Shown: positions 39,735 to 50,926, counted from the first letter of the stretch. The stretch: 64,000 nucleotides of DNA from an uncultured Chloroflexia bacterium (GCA_963813225.1 CAWEYB010000005.1:200252-264251), one strand, 5' to 3'. A program made the numbers and translations. The notes: generated by a model not told the origin, from the letters alone.

Positions 39735-40961
39735 ATGGCGACCGAGACCAGACCCGATCACGACCTCGACCCGACGCCGCGCGCCCCGCTGGCCGACCGC
39801 GCGCTCGCCCAGCGGGTCCGGGCCGTCCCGCCGTCCGGGATCCGCCGCTTCTTCGACATCGTCGCGACGATGGATGACGTCATCAGCCTCGGCGTCGGCG
39901 AGCCCGACTTCGACACGCCGCGGGTCATCGTCGAGGCCGGCGTCGAGAGCCTGCGCGAGGGCCGGACGCACTACACCAGCAACTGGGGCACGCTCGAGCT
40001 GCGACGCGCCCTGTCGCGCCATCTGGAGGGCCGCTACGGCGTCCGCTACGACCCGGCCACCGAGATCCTGATCACGGTGGGTGCGTCGGAGGCCGTGGAC
40101 CTCGCGCTGCGGGCGACGTGCGACCCGGGCGACGAGGTCATCCTCCATGAGCCCTCGTATGTCGCCTACGTCCCGGCCATCGTGTTCGCGGGTGGTGTCG
40201 TCCGCCACGTGGCGACGCGTTTCGAGGACGACTTCGCGCTCGACCCCGCCGCGGTCGAGGCGGCGATCACGCCGCGGACCAAGGCGCTCTTCCTGGGCTA
40301 CCCGTGCAACCCGACCGGCGCCGTTTTGCCCGACGAGGTCGCCGACGCGCTGGCCGAGATCGCCGTCCGGCACGACCTGCTGGTCTACAGCGACGAGATC
40401 TACGATCGGCTGGCGTACGGCTCGTACCGTCACCGGGCGATGAGCGCGTTGCCGGGGATGCGCGACCGCACGATCCTGATGGGCGGCTTCTCGAAGGCCT
40501 ATGCCATGACCGGCTGGCGGGTGGGCTACGTGGCGGGCCCGGCGGGGATCCTCGAGGGGATCGTCAAGGTCCACCAGTACGGCATCATGTCGGCCCCGAC
40601 GACCGCCCAGGACGCGGCGCTCGCGGCGGTCCTCGAGGGCGAGGCCGACGTCACCCGGATGCTGGCCGAGTACGACCGCCGCCGGCGCCTGCTGGTCGAC
40701 GGGCTCAACGCCCTCGGGCTCGACACCTTCGAACCGCGTGGCGCCTTCTACGCCTTCCCGCGGATCGGCTCGACCGGGCTCGATGACGAGACGTTCGCCG
40801 AGCGGCTGCTGACCGAGGAGCGGGTCGCGGTCGTGCCCGGCAGTGCCTTCGGCCCGTCGGGCGCCGGGCATGTCCGGATGTGCTACGCGACGTCGTACGA
40901 GCGGCTCGAGGAGGCGTTGGAGCGGATCGGGCGGTTCGTCTCGCGACAGCGCGCGGCGTGA
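39735..40961 (+). CDS. PLP-dependent aminotransferase, class I/II (aspartate/aromatic aminotransferase-like)
   Basis: Intact 408-aa ORF with a PLP-lysine region (SFSKAYAMTGWRVGY). Confidence 0.8.
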   Translation: MATETRPDHDLDPTPRAPLADRALAQRVRAVPPSGIRRFFDIVATMDDVISLGVGEPDFDTPRVIVEAGVESLREGRTHYTSNWGTLELRRALSRHLEGRYGVRYDPATEILITVGASEAVDLALRATCDPGDEVILHEPSYVAYVPAIVFAGGVVRHVATRFEDDFALDPAAVEAAITPRTKALFLGYPCNPTGAVLPDEVADALAEIAVRHDLLVYSDEIYDRLAYGSYRHRAMSALPGMRDRTILMGGFSKAYAMTGWRVGYVAGPAGILEGIVKVHQYGIMSAPTTAQDAALAAVLEGEADVTRMLAEYDRRRRLLVDGLNALGLDTFEPRGAFYAFPRIGSTGLDDETFAERLLTEERVAVVPGSAFGPSGAGHVRMCYATSYERLEEALERIGRFVSRQRAA

Positions 40962-41782
40962 CCGACGCGACGCGGCTCGTCGGCGGGCGGCCCGTCGCGA
41001 TCCACGAGATCGGTCGGGGGACTCCCGTCCTTTTCCTGCACGGATTCGGGATCGACCACCGGAGCCTGCTCGCGAGCGTCGCACCCGTGTTCGAGCGCCG
41101 TCCGGGCTATCGGCGCCTCCACGTCGACCTGCCGGGCTTCGGCGCGAGCCCGGCGGATCCGTCGATCGACAGCAGCGACGCCGCAGTCGCCTTCGTCCTC
41201 GAGCTCATCGACGCTGTCATCGGCGACGAGCGGTTCCTGCTCGTCGGCCAATCATGGGGCGCGTACCTCGCGCGGGCCGTCGTCGCCGAGCGGCGTGACC
41301 GCGTCCTCGGCGTCGCGCTCGACATCCCGATGGTCATCGCGACCCATGCCGAACGTGACGTGGCGCCGGCCGTGATCCTCCGCGACGAGCCGGGCATCCT
41401 GGACGGCGTCGGCCTGATCGATGCCGCCGAGTTCCGCGAGATCGCCGTCATCATCGACGGGCCGGCCTGGGACTCCTTCGCCACGACGGTCCTGCCCGCC
41501 GAAGCAGCGGCCGACGATCCGACCCTCGAACGGATCGGTCGGCGATACGCGTTCACGACCGACGTCGACGCGATCGGCGAGCCGTTCGACCGCCCGAGCC
41601 TCATCGTCGTCGGCCGCCAGGACTCGGTCGTCGGCTACCGCGACGCGTTGCGCCTCGTCGAGCGGTATCCGCGCGCGACGTTCGCGATCCTCGATGGGGC
41701 CGGCCACCTCCTCGAGGGTGAGCGACCGGCACTCTTCGCCGCGCTCGTCGACGATTGGATCGATCGCGTCGAGCGGACCTGA
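40958..41782 (+). CDS. Alpha/beta-hydrolase fold protein
   Basis: The GTG overlaps the aminotransferase TGA (GTGA). It has a nucleophile elbow GQSWG and an HG oxyanion motif (FLHGFG). Confidence 0.7.
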   Translation: MTDATRLVGGRPVAIHEIGRGTPVLFLHGFGIDHRSLLASVAPVFERRPGYRRLHVDLPGFGASPADPSIDSSDAAVAFVLELIDAVIGDERFLLVGQSWGAYLARAVVAERRDRVLGVALDIPMVIATHAERDVAPAVILRDEPGILDGVGLIDAAEFREIAVIIDGPAWDSFATTVLPAEAAADDPTLERIGRRYAFTTDVDAIGEPFDRPSLIVVGRQDSVVGYRDALRLVERYPRATFAILDGAGHLLEGERPALFAALVDDWIDRVERT

Positions 41783-41793
41783 GGCGACCGTTC

Positions 41794-44128
41794 CTCAGCG
41801 AGCGCGCGGCTCCGGCGCGCCGCTCCAGCGCTTCCTCGATCGCCCAGATCGCCAGCGGCCGCACGTACATGCTCGCCCGGAAGTTCCCGTCGATGTCGTA
41901 CGCCTCGGGCGTCCGGAACCACAGGCCGCGCTCGTAGGTGACGGCGGCCGCGCCGCGCGCGGTCGACCAGCCCTCGTCGACGAGGCCGCGGCCGATCATG
42001 AACGCCGCGAGCGCGTAGGTCGTCCCGACCCACACCTCGGCCGACTGCTCGCTCGTCTCGTCGACCGTGCCGTCGGGGCGCATCCCGTTGACAGCGCCCA
42101 TCCGGCCGCCGGCGAAGCCGCACACGTTCAGCCGGTGGATCGTCCGCAGGGCGGTCTCGACGCGGTCGGGCGGCAGCAGGTCGCCGAGGCCGGTCGCGTC
42201 GGCGTACCACTGGCCGGCGAGCTGGTCGGCCATGATGCTGTCGGAGCTCGCGCCGCCGCCGTCGTCGTAGGCGTAGTGGTCGTCGCGCCACAGCCGCCGG
42301 TCGAAGGCGACCTGGCCGCGCTCGAACCAGCCCGCCCAGCGCGCGGCCGCCTCGCTGTCGCCCAGCCGGCCGGCCATCGCCTCGGCGGCGGCCAGCGCCC
42401 CGAGCCACAGCGAGCCGCCGTACGCCGACGGCCCGTGCATCGGCCAGGTGTCGTAGGTCTGGTCGGGCAGGCCGTCGTGCTCGGGCAGGCCGTCGCCGTC
42501 GCGGTCGCGTGTCGCGAGGTGGCCGAGCAGGGACTCCACCGTCGGCCAGGCGGCCCGGATCAGGGCGTCGCCGTCGGGGCCCGCGGCGACCGCGTCGCGC
42601 CAGGCCTGCAGCACGAACTTGGGGCCGAGGTCCTTCCAGTCGTTGACGTCCTGGAAGTCGTAGCGGTTCGGTCGGTGGAACGGGTCGTCGTCCGGCCCGC
42701 CGACGTCGTGGGGCACGGTCCCGCCGATCTTGCGCGCGGCGTTCTCCCCGGACGCCTCGATCGGCACGATCGACGGGTCGTCGACGGCGATCGCGGCGAG
42801 CAGGTCGCGGATCCCGCGCGCCTCGAGCTCCGGGAAGAGCCGCGAGGACCGCGAACGACGCGTAGAAGTCGACGTCGACGCTGTCGTAGAACGGGTAGTC
42901 GGGGCATTCGAGGAGCGCGAACCGGCCCGGGTCGTCGGGGTCGGGCTCCGGGCCATCCACCTCGCCGGCTTCCCAGAAGCTGCCGCCGTCGACCAGGAAG
43001 TAGAGCTCGTTGAACAGGGCTGCCTTGTACCAGTCGGGTCGCTCGTCGGACGCGAGGATCGGCCGCTGCCAGGCCTCGATCGCTTCGCGCCAGCGCGGCG
43101 CCTCGGCCAGGGCGTGGCTGGCGAGGTCGAACGCCCGCTCGCCGGTCCGGCCCCACGACCGCGTGTAGCGCTTCCACCAGCGCCGGCCGGCGCCGAACTC
43201 GACGACCGGCAAGTCCCAGGCGACCGCGAAACGAAGCGACCGTCGCTCGCCCGGTGCGAGGTCGACGGTCGCCGCGACGGCTGCTCCGAGCGGCTCGCCG
43301 GCCGCACTCGGGCGTCGGTCGTCCGATGGATCGAGCCGACCGTCCGCGGCGAAGTCGGCCCACACCTCGCGATCCGCGCCGGCATCGAACCGGCTCCTGG
43401 TGGTCACGGTCACGCCGGGCGCGCGGGACGCCGCCACGGCGAACGTCCCGCGTAGACCCGACGGCGCACCGACCGGGGCGTGGAGGATCGCCCCGTCGAC
43501 ATCAGAGGAGGTGACGGTCTCGTGCCAGGCACCCGGCAGCGATGGCTGGCAGGGATCGGCGGCCGGATCCTGCCAGGTCAGCATGATCCCGACGGTCAGC
43601 GGCTCCGGTCCGGGGTTCTCGACCCACCACTCGAAGGCGCCGACCGGCAGGGAGCTCGACTCGAGATCGCCGGCGATGACCGGACTGAGCTGCTCGCCGA
43701 CGAGGCGCACGCCGAGCGTCGCCGGGCTCGAACGACTGCCAGGCCCGCGGGAACAGCGCGTGGTACGTGCCGCCGCCCTCGGGCAGCGTCCAGCCCCAGT
43801 CGGGCAGCACGTCCGGACGCAGGGTCGACAGGACGGTCGCGGTCCCGCCGCCACCCGGCCGACCGACGAACACCGAGAAGGCGTCCGCGGCCACCGGCGC
43901 GAAGCGGTGCCGCCCGACCTCGAGGTGCCAGCGCGCGAAGTCGCCGCGATGCGTCCGCCCGATGCTCCCGGTCCCGAGACCACCGATCGGGATCCCGGCC
44001 CACGGGCCGTCGTCGATCATCGGCAGGTCGACCCGCGGATGGCCGACGTCGGGGCAGGGCAGGCCCATCGGCCGGCGCCAGGCGACCGACGGGATGTCCG
44101 GCCAGCCGGCATCGACCTCGGGCGTCAC
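41794..44128 (-). CDS. GH116-family beta-glucosidase / glucosylceramidase (GBA2-type) with several frame breaks; the 3' boundary is uncertain
   Basis: The N-domain lies in ORF 43502..44128 (PIGGLGTGSIGR). The middle lies in 41635..43983, and the catalytic (alpha/alpha)6 domain in 41601..43385 (WPMHGPSAYGGSLWL...VWVGTTYALAAFMI). The listed ORF overlaps the convergent hydrolase gene. Confidence 0.6.
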
Positions 44129-45215
44129 TTCTCGACCCCGGTCACCACGACGCCGCGCATGAACGCCCGCTGGGCCAGGAAGAAGACCACGACCGGCACG
44201 GCCATCGTCATCAGGGCCGCCGCCTGGATGAGCGTCGGCTGGGTCGACGTACAGCGCGTTGTACTGCTGGATCGCCGATCGACAGCGGCTGCAGCTCGGG
44301 CTTGCTGCCGAGGTACAGGAGCGGCACGAAGAAGTCGTTCCAGGCGAAGAAGAAGTGGAACAGGCTGACCGCGACGATGGCCGGGACCGACAGCGGCACG
44401 ATGATCGAGCGCAGGATCCGGAACGGGCCCGCGCCGTCGATCATCGCGGCCTCGTCGAGGTCGCGCGGGATCGACATGAAGTACTGGCGCAGCAGGAACA
44501 CGTTGAACGCGTTGGCGAAGAGGTGCGGGCACGATCAGCGGCAGCCACGTCCCGTTCCAGCCGAGCCGGTGAAGATGACGTACGTCGGCATGAGGGTCAC
44601 CTGGAACGGCAGGATGATCGTCGCGATCAGGACGATGAACAGGACGTTCTTGCCCGGGAACCGGAAGCGCGCGAAGCCGTAGGCGACGACGACGCCGAGA
44701 AGGACCGCGCCGATCGTGCTCAGGATCGCGATCGCCGCCGTGTTGAACAGCAGCCGCGGGAAGTTGAGCTGCGTACCACGCCGTCGTGAAGTTCGCGAAG
44801 TCCGGGGCGAACGTCCACGCCTGCTCGAGCGTCCGCCAGCGGCCCTGCCACTCGATGGGCGTCGGCCGCCGGATCGTCCGGGTCGACGAACGTGCTCTAC
44901 TCGCGGCCCTTGTTGACGAGCATCAGCTTCTCGGTCGTCCCGTCGATCGGGACCTCGTAGATCGGGTACGTGCTCGCCCTGGTAGGTGCCCGTCTGCGGC
45001 GACGCCGGATAGACCGGCGCGCCGGGCGTCGAGCGCCTGGCTGGGCTGCTGGAACGCCGTCGTGACCATGTACAGCAGCGGCAGCAGGAAGGCGCTGACG
45101 AGGATCATCGCGAACATCGTCAGCGAGGCCTCGGCCGAGGTAGCGTCGGTAGCTCCGGGCGATCGGGCCGCGATCGGCGAACGAGCGCGGCGTGCGTCTT
45201 GGCGACGGTCGTCAT
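44125..45215 (-). CDS. Carbohydrate ABC transporter permease (MalG-like); frameshifted
   Basis: Fragments MFAMILVSAFLLPLLYMVTTAF, the EAA loop region (EAAMIDGAGPFRILRSIIVP) and the C-terminus MAVPVVVFFLAQRAFMRGVVVTGVEK lie in three frames. Confidence 0.6.
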
Positions 45216-46188
45216 CGCTCGCCGCCCGCGTAGTACACGCGCTTGCGGGCGAAGACGAACAGGGCGAGGGTCAGGACCAGGACGATCACGAACAGCAGCC
45301 AGGCGATCGCCGCGCCGTAGCCCATCTGGTTGAAGACGAACGCCTCGCGGTACAGCTCGAGGTTGATGAACAGCGTGGCGTTGTTCGGGTCGCCGCGACC
45401 GTTGGTCAGCGTGTACGCCTGGGTGAAGTACTGGAACGTCACGATCAGGCGAGATGACCAGGTTGTAGAGCAGGACCGGCGACATCAGCGGGATCGTGAT
45501 CCGGCGGAAGCAGCGTCCAGGGCCCTGCGCCGTCGATCCGCGCGGCCTCGTACAGCTCGGTCGGGCACCGACTGCAGGCCGGCGATGTTGATGAGCATGA
45601 AGTTGCCGATCCCCCACAGGCCGATCAGCGACAGCGCGGGGTAGATCCAGGTCGTCGCTGTTGATCCAGTCCGGGCCCGGGTGGATCCCGAAGAAGCCGA
45701 GGATCGCGTTCAGCCAGCCGGTCTCGGTGTTGAGGAAGCCGATCCAGACGAGGGTGCTCGCGACCAGCGGGATCTGGATGGGCATGTAGACCAGCGTCCG
45801 GAGGATGTTCCGACCGAACAGCTCGCTGGCTGTTGAGCAGGACCGCGAAGCCGAGGCTCGCGAGCATCGTCAGGGGGATCGGTGATCAGGGCGAACTTGA
45901 AGGTCACGACCAGACCGACTGTCGCGACGTTCGGGTCCGTCGTCATCCGGACGTAGTTGTCGAGGCCGACGAACTTCCAGCTGTCCGGGTGGACCAGGTC
46001 GAAGTCGGTGAACGACAGGACCAGCGAGGCGATCATCGGACCGGCCGTGAACAGCACGAGCCCGATCAGCCACGGTCCGATGAAGACGTAGCCCCAGATC
46101 GCCTCGCGGCGCGACGGGCGACATCCTCCATGCGGCGTCGGCCGATACGGGGCGAAGGAGCGGCGAGGACCTCGGTCGACTGCGTCAT
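45212..46188 (-). CDS. Carbohydrate ABC transporter permease (MalF-like); frameshifted
   Basis: Fragments IWGYVFIGPWLIGLVLFTAGPMIASLVLSFTDF, ...PIQIPLVASTLVWIGFLNTETGWLNAILGFFGI and the C-terminus AWLLFVIVLVLTLALFVFARKRVYYAGGER lie in different frames. Confidence 0.6.
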
Positions 46189-46268
46189 GGCCTCGGGCTC
46201 CGCTTCTTGGGGAAGGCGGCTCCCTCGGGTCGGGGGGCCCGAGGGAGCCTGGGATGGAGGAGCCTAGC

Positions 46269-47787
46269 CTACGATGCCGGCTCGTCGAAGATGCCCTGGA
46301 GGGTCGTCTGCAACGTCGTCGAGCTCGGCGTCGATGTCCGAGACCGGCGGTCGTCCGGTACTTGTTCTGGAACGCCTGCAAAGCGGCCTTGGACTTGGCG
46401 TAGTTCGGGCACCCAGGACTGATGGTTGGGGACGTCCGGGTAGGCCAGCATCGCCTGCGGGATCGGTCCAATCGAGCTTGACGCCCGGGAAGGTGGCGTC
46501 GATGGACTTGAAGCAGGCGTCCTGCTGGGCCGGGTCGGCCGGCATCGCGCCGTAGATGGTCAGCAGCTCGGGCGAGGCGACCAGCGCGGTCAGGGCCTTG
46601 AAGGCCTCGTCCGGGTGCTTGGTCGTGTTGAGCATGCTGAAGGTGTCGGCGTGGAGCTTGGCGGTGGTGATCGCCGTTGTACGACGGGGCGACGGCCCAG
46701 CCGAAGCTTGATCTTGGGCTTGGCCGGCGCGGCCGGGTAGACGCAGCAGGTGAACCAGGTGTGGATCTCGTTCATCGCCAGGTTGCCCGACTCGAACTCG
46801 TTGCCCTTGCCGAGCAGGTCGCTGCTGATCTGCGCGGCCGTCGGGATGAAGTGGTCCTTCCAGACGCCGTCGTTGAACCACTTCTCGCCCGTCGAGACGT
46901 GCGTCCGGGATCTGAGCGGTCTTGCCGTCGGCGGCCAGGAACGGAGCCCGGCGCCGAACAGGGAGGACTCGGCCAGCGGGCTGTTGTCGGAGTACTGCAT
47001 GTCGAAGCCCCACTGGACGATGTTCGTGGGGTCGAAGCTCGCGCTCGTCGCGTCGTTGCCGTTCTTGTCGACGGTCAGCTTCATGCCGAGGGTCGCGGAC
47101 CGCGTCCATGTCCCACGGCTTGCCCTGGTACAGGTCACCGACCTTGGTCGGCGGGTAGGGCAGGCCTGGCCTCGTCGAACAGGTCCTTGTTGTAGTAGAT
47201 GAACGACGGGTAGACGGCGTACGGGACGCCGATCGTCGCGCCGCCCTCGCCGAGCTTGAAGAAGTCGACGAGCTTGGGATCGACGCCCGGGACGTTGTAG
47301 CCGGTCTTGGCGATGAGCGGCGCCAGGTCGAGCAGGTGGTCGCGGAAGAGGTTCAGGCCCTCGACGCCGACCGGCCCGATGATGTCCGGCGCGTTGCCGG
47401 CGGCGATCTGGGTCTTGAGCTGTCTGCGCGGCGACGTTGTTGTTCTAGATCTCGAGGGCGATGTAGACGTCCTTCTGCGACGCGTTGAACTTGTCGACGA
47501 ACTGCGCTTCTGCCTGCGAGCTGCTGCGGCTGCGCGCCGGCGCCGAGACCGACGAACCAGCGGACGACGACGCCACCGTTGGGGCCGGGGGCGTCCGCCG
47601 ACGAGCGGCGGCGGGGTGACGGCCGGCGGCGGGGTCGCCGTCGCGGCTGCGGCCGCGGTCGGGGCGGTCGTTGCTGCGGCACTGGGGGCGGTCGACGCCG
47701 TGGCGCCGCTGCACGCGGACGCCACGATGGCGACGAGGCCCATCAGGGCCAACAAGCGCGCGCGGGCCTGGATCGGGACTGTTGCAT
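46269..47787 (-). CDS. Sugar ABC transporter substrate-binding lipoprotein (family 1 SBP); frameshifted
   Basis: A strong SD (GAGGAGGAG) precedes ATG 47787. It has a lipobox (IVASAC) and a Pro/Ala/Thr linker. SBP fragments AQFVDKFNASQKDVYIALEI, IIGPVGVEGLNLFRDHLLDLAPLIAKTGYNVPGVDPKLVDFF and the C-terminus ...LQGIFDEPAS are present. Confidence 0.6.
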
Positions 47788-47898
47788 CCTGGTCTCTCCT
47801 CCTCGTGTCGAGATCTACGCGATCTCCTACCTCGACGGGGGCTGGGTGTGGGGACGTCCGGGCAACGAGCACGCAGCGTCCGCCGGTCGCCGGCCGGC

Positions 47899-48953
47899 TC
47901 AGGGCGACGGCCTCCCGGCGCTCGATGCGCGCCGTACCAGTTCGGTGGCCAGGATCACGCGCCGTGGCACGGGATCGGAGCCCTCGACGGCATCGACAAG
48001 CAGGCGGGCCATCTCGTGGCCCATCGCTTCGATCGGTTGGCGGACGCTGGTGAGCTGCGGGCATCGTGGTCGTCGCGACCGGCGAGTCGTCGAACCCGAC
48101 GACCGCGACGTCGGCCGGGACCCGACGGCCGTCGGCGGCGAGGACGGCCAGTGCGCCGGCCGCCATGAGGTCGGATGCGGCGAACACGGCATCGATGTCG
48201 GGTCGCGCCTCGAGCAGCCGGCCCATCGCCGTGGCGCCGCCTTCCTGGGTGAAGTCGCCGGTGACCTCGAGACTCGGATCGACGGCGAGGCCGGCGTCGG
48301 CGAGTGCGTCGCGGTAGCCCATGAGCCGGTCGACGCCGGCGGCCATGTCCTTGGGGCCGGCGATGGTCGCGATGACGCGCCGGCCGCTGGCGATCAGGTG
48401 GGCCACCGCGGACTGCGCGCCCTGGCGGTTGTCGACGTCGACGAAGCTGGCCTTGATGCCCTTTGGCGGGCGGCCGACCATCACGAACGGGATGCCGGCC
48501 GCGGTGAGCCGGCCGGGGAGGGGGTCGTTGGCGTGGAGGCTCACCAGCAGCGCGCCATCGACGTGGCCGGCCGTGAGGTACTCGGCGGTCCGGCTCTCGT
48601 CGGCGATGGTGTCGGGCATCAGGAGGATCAGCTGGCGGTCGCGGGCGGCCAGCTCGGAGCTGACGCCGCGCAGCAGCCGTGGGAAGAAGGGGTCGCTGAA
48701 CAGCCGGCCGGTGGGCTCGGTGATGACGACGCGCGATCGAGTCGCTCCGGCGGGTGACGAGGCTCCGGGCGGCCCGATTGGGGACGTAGCCGAGCCGGTC
48801 GATGGCGGCCTGGACGTCGTCGCGGACGTCGGGGCTGACCTTGGGAGAGCCGTTGACGACGCGTGACACGGTCGCCCGGGAGACCCCGGCGAGGTGCGCG
48901 ACCTCTTCCAGGGTGGTGCTGGTGCGCCGGGTCCGAGGGCTGGGCTGGGCCAC
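47899..48953 (-). CDS. LacI-family transcriptional regulator; frameshifted. Alternative start ATG 48992
   Basis: An HTH is present ([52 protein letters not shown]). A periplasmic-binding-like core follows ([10 protein letters not shown]...[22 protein letters not shown]). GGAG lies 5 nt before GTG 48953. Confidence 0.65.
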
Positions 48954-48970
48954 GTCAACTCCGACTGCTT

Positions 48971-48986
48971 GTGAGAGCGCTCTCAC
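48971..48986. promoter_or_regulatory. Perfect 16-bp palindrome GTGAGAGCGCTCTCAC: putative LacI-family operator O1
   Basis: Seen directly in the sequence. It is lac-operator-like (the GTGAGCGCTCAC class) and lies just upstream of the LacI start on the minus strand. Confidence 0.6.
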
Positions 48987-49015
48987 GCTCATGCAGCAGA
49001 GTAACAGGCCTTGTC

Positions 49016-49032
49016 AAGAGAGCGCTCTCACG
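49016..49032. promoter_or_regulatory. Second operator copy (AAGAGAGCGCTCTCACG), directly abutting a TTGACA -35-like hexamer on the minus strand
   Basis: The 15-nt string GAGAGCGCTCTCACG is identical to O1 and sits 47 bp away. The reverse complement of 49011-49016 is TTGACA. Confidence 0.55.
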
Positions 49033-49172
49033 AATTTTCAGTCGTGATTCGGGGCCGGGGCGGTATGCGACCCGGGTCCCGAACGGCTCTCTTGCGGTGC
49101 CGGCGTCCGCGAGGCAGTGCTATGCGACACTACGGCGATGGAGCGGCGACGCGACCGGCATGGCCGCCGGTC

Positions 49173-50651
49173 ATGACAACGGCTGAGGCGATCGGACGTT
49201 ACGAGGCCGTCATCGGCATCGAGGTCCACAGCCAGCTGCGCACGGCGTCCAAGATGTTCTGCGGCTGCTCGACCGACTACGACGGCGCACCGCCGAACAC
49301 CCGTGTCTGCCCGGTCTGTCTCGGCCTTCCGGGCGCCCTCCCGACGATCAACCGACAGGCGGTGGAGCACGTCCTGACGACCGGCGCGGCGATCGAGGCG
49401 ACCGCCCCGGCAGCGACCCGCTGGGATCGCAAGAACTACTTCTATCCGGACCTGCCCAAGGGCTACCAGATCAGCCAGTACGACCTGCCGCTGGCGTCGC
49501 GCGGTCGGCTCGCGTTCGACACCTCGGATGGCCCGTTTTCGGTGGCCATCACCCGCGCCCACCTCGAAGAGGACACGGCCAAGCTCATCCACGCCACGGA
49601 CGCCGACGGGCGGAAGGTCAGCCTCCTCGACTTCAACCGCTCGGGCGCGCCCCTGATGGAGATCGTCACCGAGCCCGATATCCGGACGGCAGAGCAGGCG
49701 CGCCGCTACGCCGAGGAGCTCCAACTGCTGCTCCGCTCGATCGGCGCGTCGGATGCCGACATGGAGCGGGGCCAGATGCGGGTCGAGGCCAACGTCTCGC
49801 TCCGCCCGCGCGGCACCGAGCCGTTCGGGATCCGCGTCGAGGTCAAGAACATGAACTCGTTCCGCGCCGTCGAGCGCGCCATCGCCTTCGAGATCGAGCG
49901 TCAGGCCGCGGTCCTCGACGGCGGCGGGACGCTGGTCCAGGAGACGCGCGGCTGGTCCGAGGAGCGCGGCGAGACCTACCGGATGCGGATCAAGGAGACG
50001 TCCGACGACTACCGCTACTTCCCGGAGCCGGATCTGCCACCGCTCCACCTCGACGAGGCCTGGCTGCGCGAGGTCCGCGCGAGGCTGCCCGAGCTGCCCG
50101 CCGCGCGCCGGACACGCTATCGCGACGCGCTCGGCCTGTCCGCCTACGACGCCTCGGTCCTCGTCGCCGACGCGACCATGTCGCGCGCGTTCGAGGCCAT
50201 CGGGGCCGCGGCTCCCGACCTCGCGCCCAAGGAGATCGCCAACTTCGTCACCGGGCCGCATGCCCGCGAGATGAAGGCGACCGGTGCGAACGCCGAGGGT
50301 CTTGCGGGCCAGGGCCGGGCCGCGGACATCGCGGCGATCCTGGCCGCCATCCACGCCGGGACCGTGTCGCGCCAGATCGGACGCGAGAAGCTCGACGAGC
50401 ACCTCTCCTCGGGCGCGTCCGCCGAGGTCCTGCTCGCGGACGTCGGCCCGGGCCCCGTCGGCGATGATGCATCACTGCTGGGCTACATCGAGACGGTGCT
50501 GGCGGCGAACCCGAAGGCGGTCGCCGACCACCGGGCCGGCAAGCCGGTCATCGGGTTCCTGGTCGGCCAGGTCATGAAGGCATCGGCCGGTGCCGCGGAT
50601 GCTGCCCGGACGACCGAGCTGCTGCGCGAACGGCTGAAGACGGAGGGCTGA
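49173..50651 (+). CDS. gatB: Asp-tRNA(Asn)/Glu-tRNA(Gln) amidotransferase subunit B
   Basis: Intact ORF beginning MTTAEAIGRYEAVIGIEVHSQL, with a GatB/YqeY C-terminal domain. Confidence 0.88.
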   Translation: MTTAEAIGRYEAVIGIEVHSQLRTASKMFCGCSTDYDGAPPNTRVCPVCLGLPGALPTINRQAVEHVLTTGAAIEATAPAATRWDRKNYFYPDLPKGYQISQYDLPLASRGRLAFDTSDGPFSVAITRAHLEEDTAKLIHATDADGRKVSLLDFNRSGAPLMEIVTEPDIRTAEQARRYAEELQLLLRSIGASDADMERGQMRVEANVSLRPRGTEPFGIRVEVKNMNSFRAVERAIAFEIERQAAVLDGGGTLVQETRGWSEERGETYRMRIKETSDDYRYFPEPDLPPLHLDEAWLREVRARLPELPAARRTRYRDALGLSAYDASVLVADATMSRAFEAIGAAAPDLAPKEIANFVTGPHAREMKATGANAEGLAGQGRAADIAAILAAIHAGTVSRQIGREKLDEHLSSGASAEVLLADVGPGPVGDDASLLGYIETVLAANPKAVADHRAGKPVIGFLVGQVMKASAGAADAARTTELLRERLKTEG

Positions 50652-50653
50652 AG

Positions 50654-50926
50654 GTGGGCCTGGTGAATGTCGTGCTCTGGGTGGCCGGGGTGGCGCTGAT
50701 CGCCATCGGCTACACGCGGGCGAGAGGCCCGTGGGCGCGCTACCAGGTGCTCAAGGCGCAGGACGCCAACGTCGCGCGCTACGGCGCATGGCGCGGCGGC
50801 GTCCGCGACGACAACAAGACCGGAGCGTCAGTGGCCATGGAGATCCTGCTTCGGCAGGCCCGGATCGGCGCCGCGATGGCCATCGGCGGCGTCGTGCTCG
50901 TGTTCCTCGGCTTCCTCATCCGCTGA
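50654..50926 (+). CDS. Small membrane protein (90 aa, 2 TM), unknown function
   Basis: The GTG start lies 2 nt after the gatB stop. It has two hydrophobic helices. Confidence 0.45.
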   Translation: MGLVNVVLWVAGVALIAIGYTRARGPWARYQVLKAQDANVARYGAWRGGVRDDNKTGASVAMEILLRQARIGAAMAIGGVVLVFLGFLIR

